DNA of 64,000 nt, from NCBI GenBank assembly GCA_012728375.1, contig JAAYFF010000025.1, forward strand, positions 13,741 through 77,740, given 5' to 3'. Position numbers and translations under genes: made by a program. The notes beneath the pieces are model-generated. The model was not told the DNA's origin. It searched no databases and worked only from the letters and a program-made list of their open reading frames with translations. This stretch comes from Bacillota bacterium. Lineage in GTDB: Bacteria; Bacillota; Dethiobacteria; DTU022; UBA8154. Positions 17,685 to 27,543 of this stretch are shown piece by piece (within the stretch, counting starts at the first letter, position 1; each line of letters begins with the position of its first letter).

Positions 17685-19013
17685 ATGAGTGAAAGGACTT
17701 TTGTAGGGGGGATCCATCCCGGTTACTTTAAAGAGAGCACTTCCGGGATACCTATTGCTCCCGCCAAGGCTCCTTCACAGGTGATTATACCGCTCCAGCA
17801 GAATATTGGGGCTCCCTGTGAAGCTATTGTCAAGGTGGGGGATGAGGTAAAAATGGGGCAAAAGATTGGTGAACCAAAAGGTTTTGTTTCCGCTCCTATT
17901 CATGCCAGCGTTTCAGGGAAAGTGTCCAAAATTGAGCCTTTCAACCACCCGATGGGTACTCAGGTCCTTGCCGTTTTTATCGAAAATGACGGCCAGGATA
18001 CACCTGACGAGGGTATGAAGCCTAATAAATCCCTGGAGGAACTAACGCCTGAAGAAATTAAAGCAATTTCTAAAGAGGCCGGGCTGGTAGGTATGGGTGG
18101 TGCAACATTTCCTACCCACGTAAAGTTGTCGCCGCCACCGGAAATTCAAATTGATACCGTAATTATTAATGGTGCGGAATGCGAACCTTTTCTTACGGCA
18201 GACCACCGGCTCATGTTAGAAAGGGCGGATGATATTGTCTTTGGTTTGCAGGCATTTATGAAGGCTTTGGGGGCTACCAGGGGGATAATCGGTATTGAGG
18301 ACAATAAGCCCGATGCTATCAGCAGTGTCAGGAAAGCTGTGGCCGAGAGCAGCGGGGATTATAATATTGAAGTCCATCCCTTGCACACCAAGTATCCCCA
18401 GGGCGCTGAAAAAATGCTTATTAAAGCGACAACGGGGAGAGAAGTGCCGCCGGGTGCCCTTCCGATGGCTGTTAACGTGGTTAATCAGAATACCGGGACC
18501 GCTATTGCCATGGCGGAAGCTATTAAACTCGGTAAGCCTCTCTATGAGAGGGTGGTAACAGTTACCGGGCCGGGCATCAAGAAGCCGGGCAATTTGCTGG
18601 TTAGAAACGGAACTCTGATCCGGGATATCATCGAGCAATGCGGCGGCCTGACCAGCGATGCGCGCAAGCTGGTTTTGGGCGGGCCCATGATGGGATTAGC
18701 CCAGCCAACCGATGAAATTCCGGCCATTAAAGGGACCTCAGGCGTGCTTGTTCTGACCGAAGAGTTTGTGAAGGAGCAGCCTATCGCTTCGTGCATTAAA
18801 TGTGGAAAATGCGTGGAAGTTTGTCCTATGAACCTTCTCCCCAGCTTTATCGGAGCGGCATCGGAGAAAAAAGTTTATGATTTGGCCGAAAAATATGGTG
18901 CGATGGATTGTTTTGAATGCGGATGCTGCACATATACCTGTCCTGCCAAGAGACCTCTGGTTCAGTGGATCCGGATCGCCAAAGGCGCTATTGCGGCCAG
19001 CAGGAAAAAGTAG
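17685..19013 (+). CDS. rnfC: Rnf electron-transport complex subunit C
   Basis: MSERTFVGGIHP..., NADH-binding region, and two C-terminal 4Fe-4S motifs (CIKCGKCVEVCP, CFECGCCTYTCP). Confidence 0.9.
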   Translation: MSERTFVGGIHPGYFKESTSGIPIAPAKAPSQVIIPLQQNIGAPCEAIVKVGDEVKMGQKIGEPKGFVSAPIHASVSGKVSKIEPFNHPMGTQVLAVFIENDGQDTPDEGMKPNKSLEELTPEEIKAISKEAGLVGMGGATFPTHVKLSPPPEIQIDTVIINGAECEPFLTADHRLMLERADDIVFGLQAFMKALGATRGIIGIEDNKPDAISSVRKAVAESSGDYNIEVHPLHTKYPQGAEKMLIKATTGREVPPGALPMAVNVVNQNTGTAIAMAEAIKLGKPLYERVVTVTGPGIKKPGNLLVRNGTLIRDIIEQCGGLTSDARKLVLGGPMMGLAQPTDEIPAIKGTSGVLVLTEEFVKEQPIASCIKCGKCVEVCPMNLLPSFIGAASEKKVYDLAEKYGAMDCFECGCCTYTCPAKRPLVQWIRIAKGAIAASRKK

Positions 19014-19038
19014 CACGTTATGAAGGAGGGATAAATTA

Positions 19039-19968
19039 ATGGATAGAAAGCTGGTAGTCTCTTCGTCCCCGCACATCAAATCACCGGAAACTATTCGGAG
19101 CATCATGATCGATGTTCTGGTTGCTCTTTTCCCCGTAGCTTTGATGGCTGTTTTTCTCTTTGGTTTTCGTGCCCTGGCAACGATGATTATTGCCATGGTA
19201 GCGGCTATGGCTACAGAAGCAATTATTTTACGTAGAAAAAACCTTTTCGGTGACGGCAGTGCGGCGGTTACAGGTTTGCTCCTGGCGATGACTCTTCCGC
19301 CGGCCCCGCCCTGGTGGGTAGTGGTCATCGGTTCTGTCGTTGCCATTGGCGTTGGAAAACATATTTATGGAGGTTTAGGTAACAATATTTTTAACCCGGC
19401 CCTGGTAGGGCGGGCGGTACTGTTTGTCTCCTGGAGTACTCATGTCGCCGGAAATGTCTGGATTAAGCCGGTCCCCTTCGGTTTTACAGCGGATGCGGTA
19501 ACCCAGGCATCTCCCCTGGTCACATACGATGCTTCCCTGGGAGACCTTTTTATAGGTACTGTGAGCGGTGCGTTAGGTGAAACATCGGCCCTGGCCCTGA
19601 TTATCGGAGCCATATGGCTGTTTTACCGCGGCCATATTGACTGGCGGATCCCGGGAAGCTTTATTGGGATCGTGTTTATCCTGGGCCTTTTCGACGGAGG
19701 CCTTTACATGGGGCTTTACCACGTCCTGGCGGGCGGCGTGATGCTCGGCGCTTTGTTTATGGCAACGGATATGGTTACTTCTCCGGTTACACCGGCAGGG
19801 AAACTTATTTTTGGCCTGGGGTGCGGGATCGTTACTATGGCAATCCGTATGTTCGGTGGAATGCCTGAGGGTGTAACCTTTGGGATTCTTCTTATGAATG
19901 GTCTTACCCCCCTTATCGATAACATGACTTTGCCTAAGAAGTTCGGGGAGGTGAAGAAGAGTGCGTGA
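19039..19968 (+). CDS. rnfD: Rnf complex subunit D
   Basis: Polytopic membrane protein, NqrB/RnfD family. The FMN-attachment threonine context (TGATPL-like ...VTQASPL) is present. Confidence 0.9.
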   Translation: MDRKLVVSSSPHIKSPETIRSIMIDVLVALFPVALMAVFLFGFRALATMIIAMVAAMATEAIILRRKNLFGDGSAAVTGLLLAMTLPPAPPWWVVVIGSVVAIGVGKHIYGGLGNNIFNPALVGRAVLFVSWSTHVAGNVWIKPVPFGFTADAVTQASPLVTYDASLGDLFIGTVSGALGETSALALIIGAIWLFYRGHIDWRIPGSFIGIVFILGLFDGGLYMGLYHVLAGGVMLGALFMATDMVTSPVTPAGKLIFGLGCGIVTMAIRMFGGMPEGVTFGILLMNGLTPLIDNMTLPKKFGEVKKSA

Positions 19969-20494
19969 GAGCGGACTGCGCATGGCTTTAACGCTATTGA
20001 TCATCGGTGCAATCTGCGGAGGGCTTCTTTCCATGGTAAACGGGTTTACTGCCCCTGTTATCGAGGAGAGGGCAATGACCGAGTTTCTGCAGGCATTGGA
20101 AGGGTTCTTTCCTGAGGTTGAGGATTATGAAGCGCAAGAAATCGGAGATGAAGTATTTTATTACTGTACAGACAACAGCGGCAACTTCATCGGTGTAGTG
20201 GGACAGGTCAAGGCAGACGGCTATGGAGGAAAAATTTCCTACGATTTAGCTGTCAATAACAGCGGTGATATTATTGGGATGCGGATCAGCTCCCACGGCG
20301 AAACCCCCGGTATCGGCGATGTCATTACAAGGGAAGAATTTCAAAGCCGCGTTATTGGCTTAAACTATGCCGATCCCATTTCTCCCGGCGTTGATGTAGA
20401 TACCGTTTCGGGTGCCACAATTTCCACCGGTGGGATGCTCAGCTCCATTCGCCGGGTGATGGATATTATTGGCGAGAACTTTATGACAAATTAG
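19961..20494 (+). CDS. rnfG: Rnf complex subunit G (FMN-binding)
   Basis: N-terminal TM, then an FMN_bind domain ending TVSGATIST (the flavinylated-Thr motif S/TGAT). GTG start overlaps the rnfD stop. Confidence 0.9.
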   Translation: MRESGLRMALTLLIIGAICGGLLSMVNGFTAPVIEERAMTEFLQALEGFFPEVEDYEAQEIGDEVFYYCTDNSGNFIGVVGQVKADGYGGKISYDLAVNNSGDIIGMRISSHGETPGIGDVITREEFQSRVIGLNYADPISPGVDVDTVSGATISTGGMLSSIRRVMDIIGENFMTN

Positions 20495-20524
20495 GACAGA
20501 TAATCACATTGGAGGTGAAAATAG

Positions 20525-21127
20525 ATGAGTACACTGGCTCAGGAGTTCAGTAAGGGGCTTTTAAAAGAAAACCCTACTTTTCGCCTTTTGTTGGGGATGT
20601 GTCCGACCCTTGCCATTACCACGTCGGCATTTTTCGGGTTTGGTATGGGCGTTTCCGTCTTTTTTGTTCTGCTGTGTTCCAATATTGTTATCTCTGTTAT
20701 ACGGAATTTTGTCCCCGACAAGGTTAGAATGCCGGCTTACATTCTTGTTATCGCTACATTCGTGACCATTACAGATATGGTTCTTAATGCTTTTGTCCCG
20801 GAGCTGCACAAAGCTTTGGGGATCTTTATCCCCCTCATTGTGGTGAACTGCATTATTATGGGTCGGGCGGAAGCCTTTGCCCGTAAGAATAATGTTATCC
20901 GTTCTATCTTAGATGCCCTCGGAATGGGCGTCGGAGTCACAATGTCCCTGACTCTCGTTGGAATTATCCGGGAACTGTTCGGTGCAGGAAGCATTTTTGG
21001 TTACAATATTATGGGTACGGCATTTGAACCCATGGGGGTGCTGGCCACCCCGCCCGGTGCGTTTATTACCCTGGGCATCCTGCTTGGATTGTTCAACTAT
21101 GCTTTTAAACGCCTGGGTATCGAATAG
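20525..21127 (+). CDS. rnfE: Rnf complex subunit E
   Basis: RnfE/NqrD family membrane protein, 200 aa. Confidence 0.9.
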   Translation: MSTLAQEFSKGLLKENPTFRLLLGMCPTLAITTSAFFGFGMGVSVFFVLLCSNIVISVIRNFVPDKVRMPAYILVIATFVTITDMVLNAFVPELHKALGIFIPLIVVNCIIMGRAEAFARKNNVIRSILDALGMGVGVTMSLTLVGIIRELFGAGSIFGYNIMGTAFEPMGVLATPPGAFITLGILLGLFNYAFKRLGIE

Positions 21128-21148
21128 GAGAGTAAAGGAGGTCTAAAG

Positions 21149-21727
21149 ATGCATCTGCTGGCGATTATTTTCGTGGCGATTTTGTCAAATAATATTGTTT
21201 TAAGCCAGTTCCTGGGTATTTGTCCGTACTTGGGCGTCACCAAGCGGATTGATACATCTGTAGGGATGGGAATGGCTGTTATTTTTGTCATGACCATGGC
21301 GGCTATTGTAACGTGGGTGCTCGATCTTTTTCTTCTGCAGCCATTTGGCTTGGAATTTCTGCGGACTATTGCTTTCATCCTGGTTATCGCCGGTTTGGTC
21401 CAGCTGGTGGAAATGATCCTGAAAAAGACCAACCCTGCTCTTTTCCGGGCGTTGGGGATTTATCTGCCCCTTATTACCACCAACTGTACTATCCTTGGTG
21501 TAGCGCTGCTCAATGTTCAGTCCGGGCATAATATTATTGAAACTGTTGTTTACTCGATTGCTACGGGGATTGGATTTACGCTGGCCATGGTTATTATGGC
21601 GGGTATACGGGAGAGGCTTGAACTGGTCAATATGTCAAACTATTTAAAAGGAGCCGCAGTGACACTGGTTTCCGCCGGGATCCTCTCCTTGGCTTTTATG
21701 GGCTTTAAAGGAATGGTAACACTTTAA
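21149..21727 (+). CDS. rnfA: Rnf complex subunit A
   Basis: RnfA/NqrE family membrane protein, 192 aa. Confidence 0.9.
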   Translation: MHLLAIIFVAILSNNIVLSQFLGICPYLGVTKRIDTSVGMGMAVIFVMTMAAIVTWVLDLFLLQPFGLEFLRTIAFILVIAGLVQLVEMILKKTNPALFRALGIYLPLITTNCTILGVALLNVQSGHNIIETVVYSIATGIGFTLAMVIMAGIRERLELVNMSNYLKGAAVTLVSAGILSLAFMGFKGMVTL

Positions 21728-21745
21728 CCTGGAGGTGAAAGAATA

Positions 21746-22561
21746 GTGGATCTGACCATGTCCATAGTTATTATCGGCGGGCTGGGGGTGCTTTTCGGCG
21801 GATTGCTTGCTTATGCTGCCAAGCGGTTTGCCGTAGAAGAAGATCCCAGGGTTGAAGTAGTAACGGATCTTCTTCCCGGTGCCAACTGCGGTGCCTGCGG
21901 CCTTGCCGGCTGCAGCAGCGCAGCCGAAAAAATCGTTGCCGGCGAAATACCGGTGGATAGTTGCATCCCCGGCGGGAAAAAAGTTGCCGATAGTATTTGT
22001 GAGGTTTTGGGAATTGAGTCTGTTGCCTCGGGAGGCAGAAAAGTTGCCGAAATTCATTGCCTGGGCACCAAAGATGTTGCTCCCGATAAATTTGATTACC
22101 AGGGTGTCAGGGATTGCAAGGCCGCAATGATGTACAGCGGTGGTTTTAAAGCCTGTGCTTACGGATGCCTGGGCCTCGGTACCTGCGTGGAGGCCTGCCC
22201 CTTTGAAGCTCTTTCCATGGGCGCAAACGGGCTGCCGCAGGTTGATACGGAAAAATGTACCGGCTGCGGTGTTTGTGCCAAAGCCTGTCCGCGGAATGTT
22301 ATTCATATTGAACTTGCTGACAGGAAAGCAAAATATATCCCCTGCAATTCAAAAGCCAGCGGCAAAGTTGTCCGTCAGGCCTGTGAAGTGGGATGTATCG
22401 GCTGCAGGGCGTGTGTCAAGGCCTGTCCGAATGAGGCTGTTACCGTGGAGAATAACCTGGCAGTCATAAATAGAGAAAAATGCACTGACTGCGGAAAATG
22501 CGTGGAGGCCTGCAAGCGCGGCATTATTAAAGACGTGGGCACGGTTCTCGTTTTGAAATAA
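21746..22561 (+). CDS. rnfB: Rnf complex subunit B (polyferredoxin)
   Basis: N-terminal TM, then multiple CxxCxxCxxxCP motifs. GTG start with GGAGGTG RBS. Confidence 0.9.
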   Translation: MDLTMSIVIIGGLGVLFGGLLAYAAKRFAVEEDPRVEVVTDLLPGANCGACGLAGCSSAAEKIVAGEIPVDSCIPGGKKVADSICEVLGIESVASGGRKVAEIHCLGTKDVAPDKFDYQGVRDCKAAMMYSGGFKACAYGCLGLGTCVEACPFEALSMGANGLPQVDTEKCTGCGVCAKACPRNVIHIELADRKAKYIPCNSKASGKVVRQACEVGCIGCRACVKACPNEAVTVENNLAVINREKCTDCGKCVEACKRGIIKDVGTVLVLK

Positions 22562-22602
22562 AATATAATTAATACATTATTATTTAAGTTTCATAAACGG
22601 TT

Positions 22603-22630
22603 AAAACGGCAAGGGAAACCTTGCCGTTTT
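22603..22630 (+). terminator. Rho-independent terminator AAAACGGCAAGG-GAAA-CCTTGCCGTTTT after rnfB
   Basis: Perfect stem with a GAAA tetraloop, followed by a U-tract. Confidence 0.65.
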
Positions 22631-22726
22631 CCGGTCCTTTGGGAAATATATTTGTCATATAAAAGAGTAAAAGGAGGGAAGCGGCATTTTTCCCATAGAC
22701 TTGTCGGCGGAAAATGCCAAAAGAAG

Positions 22727-23224
22727 TTGGATGAAAAGAATTTTACCCATTTTAATATCCAGGGCCGCGGGCGGATGGTCGATGTTACGGAAAAAAGCAT
22801 TACTGTTCGGGAGGCCCGGGCACAGGGGAAAATCCGCATGCATAAAAATACCCTGCAAAAGATTAAGGAAGGAACAATGGCCAAGGGAGATGTGCTGGGG
22901 GTGGCTCAGGTAGCAGGCGTTCTCGGAGCCAAACAAACGCCGTCATTAATTCCCATGTGTCATCCGCTGTTCATTACAGGAGTGGATCTTCACTTTTCTT
23001 TTGAAGATGAACGGACGCTGGTAATTGATGCTACTGTAAAAACCAGCGGACAAACCGGTGTGGAAATGGAAGCACTGACAGCGGTAAGTATTGCCGCGCT
23101 GACTGTTTATGATATGTGCAAAGCTGTGGATAGGGACATGGAAATTTTGCAAATACGTTTGATGGAAAAAAAAGGCGGTAAAAGCGGCCATTATATTCGA
23201 AGTGAGGCAAAATCTGAAGGATAG
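22727..23224 (+). CDS. moaC: Cyclic pyranopterin monophosphate synthase MoaC
   Basis: ...FTHFNIQGRGRMVDVTEK...MCHPL...TGVEMEALTAVSIAALTVYDMCKAV is the conserved MoaC core. A TTG at 22727 gives an N-terminus that aligns with known MoaC. The track ORF starts at 22652 (TTG), so the start is uncertain. Confidence 0.8.
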   Translation: MDEKNFTHFNIQGRGRMVDVTEKSITVREARAQGKIRMHKNTLQKIKEGTMAKGDVLGVAQVAGVLGAKQTPSLIPMCHPLFITGVDLHFSFEDERTLVIDATVKTSGQTGVEMEALTAVSIAALTVYDMCKAVDRDMEILQIRLMEKKGGKSGHYIRSEAKSEG

Positions 23225-23487
23225 TATTAATAAATAGTCGATATAGCAAGGATTCTGAAGGTTTGAAATGCCTGTTATTACCCGGGAAATTTTCTTGCTT
23301 AACCCCTTTAAAAATGATAGTATTTGTAGAAAGAAAGTAACTGCTTCGCAGTCCAATCGATAATCTGTCATTGCCGCGAGACGGTTCCATCGTCTATAAA
23401 CTTTTTAGACTGAGCAGTTACAAAAAATGAATTAATTGTTAAAACATTACTGAAAACGTCGAACTAAGAAAGGAGCCATCCGGGCAG

Positions 23488-24558
23488 GTGAAAAGATCAA
23501 AGCAGAGAAAAAGGCACGTACAGGTACTGATGATCTTGTGTATCTGTTTGCTCTTTTCTGCTTTGGGTTGCAGACCCGGCAATCCTGACGATGACAAGAC
23601 AACAATAACCCGTTTGCTAATGGATACCCGGGTTGACCTGACCCTGTATGGAATTGACAAGAAAACTTCTGAACGCATTGCCGGTGAGGTATTTGCCGAA
23701 ATGGAACGGTTGGAAAGCATTCTTAGCCGGACAGTTGCGGCAAGCGATCTTGACCGAGTTAACCGGGCAGCAGGCGAGGAGTGGGTTGATGTAAGCCCGG
23801 AACTTTTTTTCGTCCTCAGCAAAGCACTGGAATTTGCCGAACTGTCGGGAGGGGCCTTTGACCCCACAGTTGCCCCCCTCTTAGAACTCTGGGGATTTGG
23901 GACAGCTCATCCCAGGGTGCCTTCCGGAGAGGAGCTGCAAAAGGTTCTTCCCCTGATTGATTACCGACTGGTTGAGCTGGACGAAGACCGGTCAGCGGTT
24001 TTTCTGCCCCTTAAAGGGATGAAGCTTGATTTAGGCGGGATTGCTAAAGGTTTTATTATTGACCGGGGTATAGAGGTAGTCCGGAAATTTGATGTTCAGG
24101 CTTCTTTTCTCAATGCCGGCGGCGATATACGCATATATGGGGAAAAACCCTCCGGCGAGAGGTGGACGGTTGGTATACAAGACCCCAATGTTAACGGGAA
24201 GGGTTCAGATAGAACCTATATTGCCGCCCTCCGGCTGGAGGGGGAGGGCAGCGTCGTTACTTCGGGCGATTATCAGCGATTTTTTAAAAAAAACGGGAAA
24301 AAATATCATCACATTTTAAATCCTGCAGATGGAAAGCCGGCGCGTCAGTTAACAAGCGTTACCATTGTTGCAGGCGATGCCCTGACGGCAGACGCCCTGT
24401 CAACCGCTGTTTTCGTTTTGGGAAGGGAAAAGGGCCTGTCTTTGCTCAAACATTTTCCCGGGGTAGATGGTGTGATTGTTGACCAAGAGGGCAAAGTGCA
24501 TTATTCACCCGGCTTGGAGGATAAAATACAGTTAAATGCCCAGCAGACGGGGAGATAG
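23488..24558 (+). CDS. apbE: FAD:protein FMN transferase ApbE (lipoprotein)
   Basis: Lipobox LFSALGC. The ApbE family pattern is present (TRLLMDTRVDLTLY, DLGGIAKG, SGDYQRFF). GTG start with AGGAG RBS. Confidence 0.85.
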   Translation: MKRSKQRKRHVQVLMILCICLLFSALGCRPGNPDDDKTTITRLLMDTRVDLTLYGIDKKTSERIAGEVFAEMERLESILSRTVAASDLDRVNRAAGEEWVDVSPELFFVLSKALEFAELSGGAFDPTVAPLLELWGFGTAHPRVPSGEELQKVLPLIDYRLVELDEDRSAVFLPLKGMKLDLGGIAKGFIIDRGIEVVRKFDVQASFLNAGGDIRIYGEKPSGERWTVGIQDPNVNGKGSDRTYIAALRLEGEGSVVTSGDYQRFFKKNGKKYHHILNPADGKPARQLTSVTIVAGDALTADALSTAVFVLGREKGLSLLKHFPGVDGVIVDQEGKVHYSPGLEDKIQLNAQQTGR

Positions 24559-24597
24559 AAGTTGACAATACATCCGAGCTGGGTTTGGAGATGAGGA

Positions 24598-25137
24598 ATG
24601 GAACAGCTGCGGACTTTAAAAATGGTATACCTGGCCATTCTTGTCGCCTTTGCTGTAGGCGTGCATACAATAGAAGCCGTTCTTCCGGTGCCGCTGCCTG
24701 TTCCAGGAGTCAAGCTCGGGCTGGCCAATATTATTACGCTGCTGACCATTGTTTTGTACGGAACCCGTAGCGGCCTTTTGGTCGCCTCTTTGCGCAGCGT
24801 TCTGGGAAGCCTTATTTCGGGAAGTTTTTTAGGCTTCGGTTTTTATCTCAGCTTTGGGGGATCTGTGTTAAGCTGTCTGGCCATGGGAGGCATGATGGAG
24901 CTGTACCGCAGGAAAAAGATAACGCTTATTTCGGTGAGTATTGCTGGTGCGGTTGTTTTTAACGTTGTCCAGCTGGTATTGGCATCGATGCTGGTACAAA
25001 ATATCCTCTTATTTAGGGGATATCTTCCCTTTCTGTTGTTGCTGTCGGTGCCGACCGGTCTTTTTACCGGCATGGCTGCAATTTATCTGGCGAATGTCAT
25101 CCGGCGCATCGGCAGGCCGAATATTTTTTCGTTCTGA
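24598..25137 (+). CDS. Gx-transporter / heptaprenyl diphosphate synthase component I-like membrane protein
   Basis: 179-aa polytopic membrane protein (…PVPLPVPGVKLGLANIITLL…) of the type commonly found next to apbE and FMN-binding genes. Confidence 0.55.
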   Translation: MEQLRTLKMVYLAILVAFAVGVHTIEAVLPVPLPVPGVKLGLANIITLLTIVLYGTRSGLLVASLRSVLGSLISGSFLGFGFYLSFGGSVLSCLAMGGMMELYRRKKITLISVSIAGAVVFNVVQLVLASMLVQNILLFRGYLPFLLLLSVPTGLFTGMAAIYLANVIRRIGRPNIFSF

Positions 25138-25179
25138 ATAAGTTCTAGCAAATTCTCCTGGCCAGTTGGAGGTGTACGC

Positions 25180-25746
25180 TTGAAAAGATTGATTCTAGCT
25201 TCCGCTTCGCCGCGGCGGGCTCAATTGCTGGAGCAAATTGGGCTGAAGTTTCTCGTGGTTAAAAGCGGTTTTTCGGAGCCGGGGATTTACAGTGAAGAAG
25301 ACGTAGAAGAAATGGCCTTGGCCAAAGCCAGGTGGGTCCGCAAAGACTTTCCGGGAGAATTTATCCTCGGGGCTGATACAGCTGTGTTCAATGGGGGAAA
25401 AGCTTTAGGCAAGCCCCGGGACGAGAAGGAAGCTGCGGAAATGTTGAGATCCTTAAGCGGGCGGGTTCACAGCGTCATTACCGGCCTGGCTTTAATAAAA
25501 GACAACCGGGAAGTTACCGTAAGGGAGAAAACTCTTGTTCGAATGCGCCCACTGGATGAAGAGGAAATTAGGGCATATGTTTTTTCAGGTGAGCCGATGG
25601 ACAAGGCAGGGGCGTATGGCATTCAGGGCAGGGGAGCTCTTTTTGTGGAAAAGATAGAGGGTTGTTATTTCAATGTCGTAGGCTTGCCGCTGTCCAGGCT
25701 TGCCGCAATGCTGAAGTCGGAAGGCTTCCCCATCTGGGGAAATTAA
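25180..25746 (+). CDS. maf: Maf-like nucleoside triphosphate pyrophosphatase (septum formation protein Maf)
   Basis: MKRLILASASPRRAQLL...GADTAV...YGIQG. TTG start with GGAGGTG RBS. Confidence 0.85.
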   Translation: MKRLILASASPRRAQLLEQIGLKFLVVKSGFSEPGIYSEEDVEEMALAKARWVRKDFPGEFILGADTAVFNGGKALGKPRDEKEAAEMLRSLSGRVHSVITGLALIKDNREVTVREKTLVRMRPLDEEEIRAYVFSGEPMDKAGAYGIQGRGALFVEKIEGCYFNVVGLPLSRLAAMLKSEGFPIWGN

Positions 25747-25816
25747 GGAGGAGATTGCCGCGGAAAAGAAATTAACCATCAAGGACCTGCCCCTGGAAGA
25801 GCGCCCAAGGGAGAGA

Positions 25817-26449
25817 ATGAGGGAATTAGGTGCGGGGAGTCTTTCCAATGCAGAATTATTGGCTATTATTTTGCGGACAGGCTATCGGGAAGAGAGCGTT
25901 GTCCATTTGGCTGAGCGCATTCTGGCTCAGGCCGGAGGATTACGTTTTTTACCGGATTTGACTCTGGAAGAACTGCAAAAGATTAAAGGGGTCGGCCTGG
26001 CAAAAGCAGTACAGATAAAAGCTGCCCTGGAGTTGGGCAGGCGCATGGTTTTATCCCTGAAGCCGGAAGGCATATCCCTTACTTCTCCCTGGGAAGTTGC
26101 CAATTTCCTCATGGAAGAAATGCGTTATTACAATAAAGAGTACTTTAAGATTGTTCTTTTGAATACGAAAAACCAGCTTATTTCTCTGGAAGATATCTCT
26201 GTGGGAAGTTTAAATTCCTCTATTGTTCATCCCCGGGAAATTTTTCATTATCCAATTAAAAAAAGCGCTGCAGCCATTATTCTGGTACATAATCATCCCA
26301 GCGGTGATCCGACTCCAAGCCGGGAAGATCTTGATGTAACGAGAAGGCTTGTGGAAGCCGGAGAAATTTTAGGAATAAAGGTGCTTGATCATATTATCAT
26401 CGGAGAAGGTAAACATTTAAGTTTTAAAGAAAAGGGACTAATTCCCTAA
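25817..26449 (+). CDS. radC: RadC-like JAB-domain protein (UPF0758)
   Basis: HhH (GVGLAKA) plus a JAMM motif (HNHPSGDPTPSREDL). The conserved N-terminal segment KLTIKDLPLEERPRER lies in frame upstream of ATG 25817 with no canonical start (see findings). Confidence 0.8.
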   Translation: MRELGAGSLSNAELLAIILRTGYREESVVHLAERILAQAGGLRFLPDLTLEELQKIKGVGLAKAVQIKAALELGRRMVLSLKPEGISLTSPWEVANFLMEEMRYYNKEYFKIVLLNTKNQLISLEDISVGSLNSSIVHPREIFHYPIKKSAAAIILVHNHPSGDPTPSREDLDVTRRLVEAGEILGIKVLDHIIIGEGKHLSFKEKGLIP

Positions 26450-26471
26450 AGAAGGAAAGGGGAAGCATTAG

Positions 26472-27506
26472 ATGCCGTCTTTTTCTAAATTTTTTTCAAG
26501 AGATATCGGGATTGACCTTGGCACTGCCAATACCCTTGTTTATGTTAAAGGAAAAGGTATCGTCCTGAGGGAACCATCCGTAGTGGCCATTCGGAAGGAT
26601 ACGGGCTCTGTTTTAGCGGTGGGAAATGAAGCTAAAAAAATGATTGGCAGGACCCCGGGAAATATTATCGCCATCAGGCCGATGAAGGATGGAGTTATTG
26701 CAGATTTTGACGTAACACAGACTATGTTGCGGCATTTTATCAGCAGGGCCTATCGTCGGCGCACTGTGTTCCTGCCCCAGGTAGTGATCTGTGTTCCCTC
26801 GGGTGTTACGGAAGTCGAGAAAAGGGCAGTGCTGGATGCGACAAAACAAGCCGGGGCCAAAGAAGCATTTCTGATTGAGGAACCTATGGCTGCAGCAATG
26901 GGAGCAGGCCTTCCTGTTGAGGACCCGACGGGAAGCATGATTGTTGATATAGGAGGCGGGACAACGGAGGTAGCTGTTATTTCCCTCGGCGGTATTGTTA
27001 CCAGCAAGTCAATCCGCGTTGGCGGAGACGAACTGGATGATGCCATTATCAACTATATTAAAAAATCTTACAATTTAATGATCGGGGAACGTACAGCAGA
27101 AGAGATCAAAATGCAAATCGGTTCAGCCTATCATGCCGAGCAGGAAGAGCATTTTGAAATTCGTGGCAGGGATCTGGTCAACGGCCTGCCAAAGGTATTG
27201 ACCATCAGCTCCTGGGAAATCGAAGGTGCCCTTTCCGAACCCGTTGCCGCGATTTTAGAAACCGTAAAAACAACTTTGGAGCGAACGCCTCCCGAACTGG
27301 CAGCTGATTTAATGGAAAAAGGGATTGTCATGTCAGGGGGAGGCTCGCTCTTAAAGGGCCTGGATAAACTTATTTCCGGGGAAACAGGTATGCCCGTTTT
27401 CCTGGCGGAAAACCCTCTGGACTGCGTTGTTCTCGGAGCAGGAAAAGCCCTCTCCGCAATAGATCTTTTAAAACGGGTTTCTATTTCTCCTAAAAGAATA
27501 TTTTGA
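26472..27506 (+). CDS. mreB: Rod shape-determining protein MreB
   Basis: Actin-fold motifs ([20 protein letters not shown]). Confidence 0.9.
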   Translation: MPSFSKFFSRDIGIDLGTANTLVYVKGKGIVLREPSVVAIRKDTGSVLAVGNEAKKMIGRTPGNIIAIRPMKDGVIADFDVTQTMLRHFISRAYRRRTVFLPQVVICVPSGVTEVEKRAVLDATKQAGAKEAFLIEEPMAAAMGAGLPVEDPTGSMIVDIGGGTTEVAVISLGGIVTSKSIRVGGDELDDAIINYIKKSYNLMIGERTAEEIKMQIGSAYHAEQEEHFEIRGRDLVNGLPKVLTISSWEIEGALSEPVAAILETVKTTLERTPPELAADLMEKGIVMSGGGSLLKGLDKLISGETGMPVFLAENPLDCVVLGAGKALSAIDLLKRVSISPKRIF

Positions 27507-27543
27507 GATATAGTTGCGGTTTTCGGGGAGGCGGTGTGAAGCG

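Noticed and set aside
23337-23421. Possible tRNA gene (85 nt, 7-bp acceptor-like stem GTAACTG/CAGTTAC, T-arm-like AGACG-GTTCCAT-CGTCT)
   Set aside because: There is no D-arm or anticodon stem that pairs, no G18G19, the T-loop is non-canonical and there is no CCA or discriminator context. It cannot be folded as a cloverleaf. It is kept as a structured repeat in the findings only.
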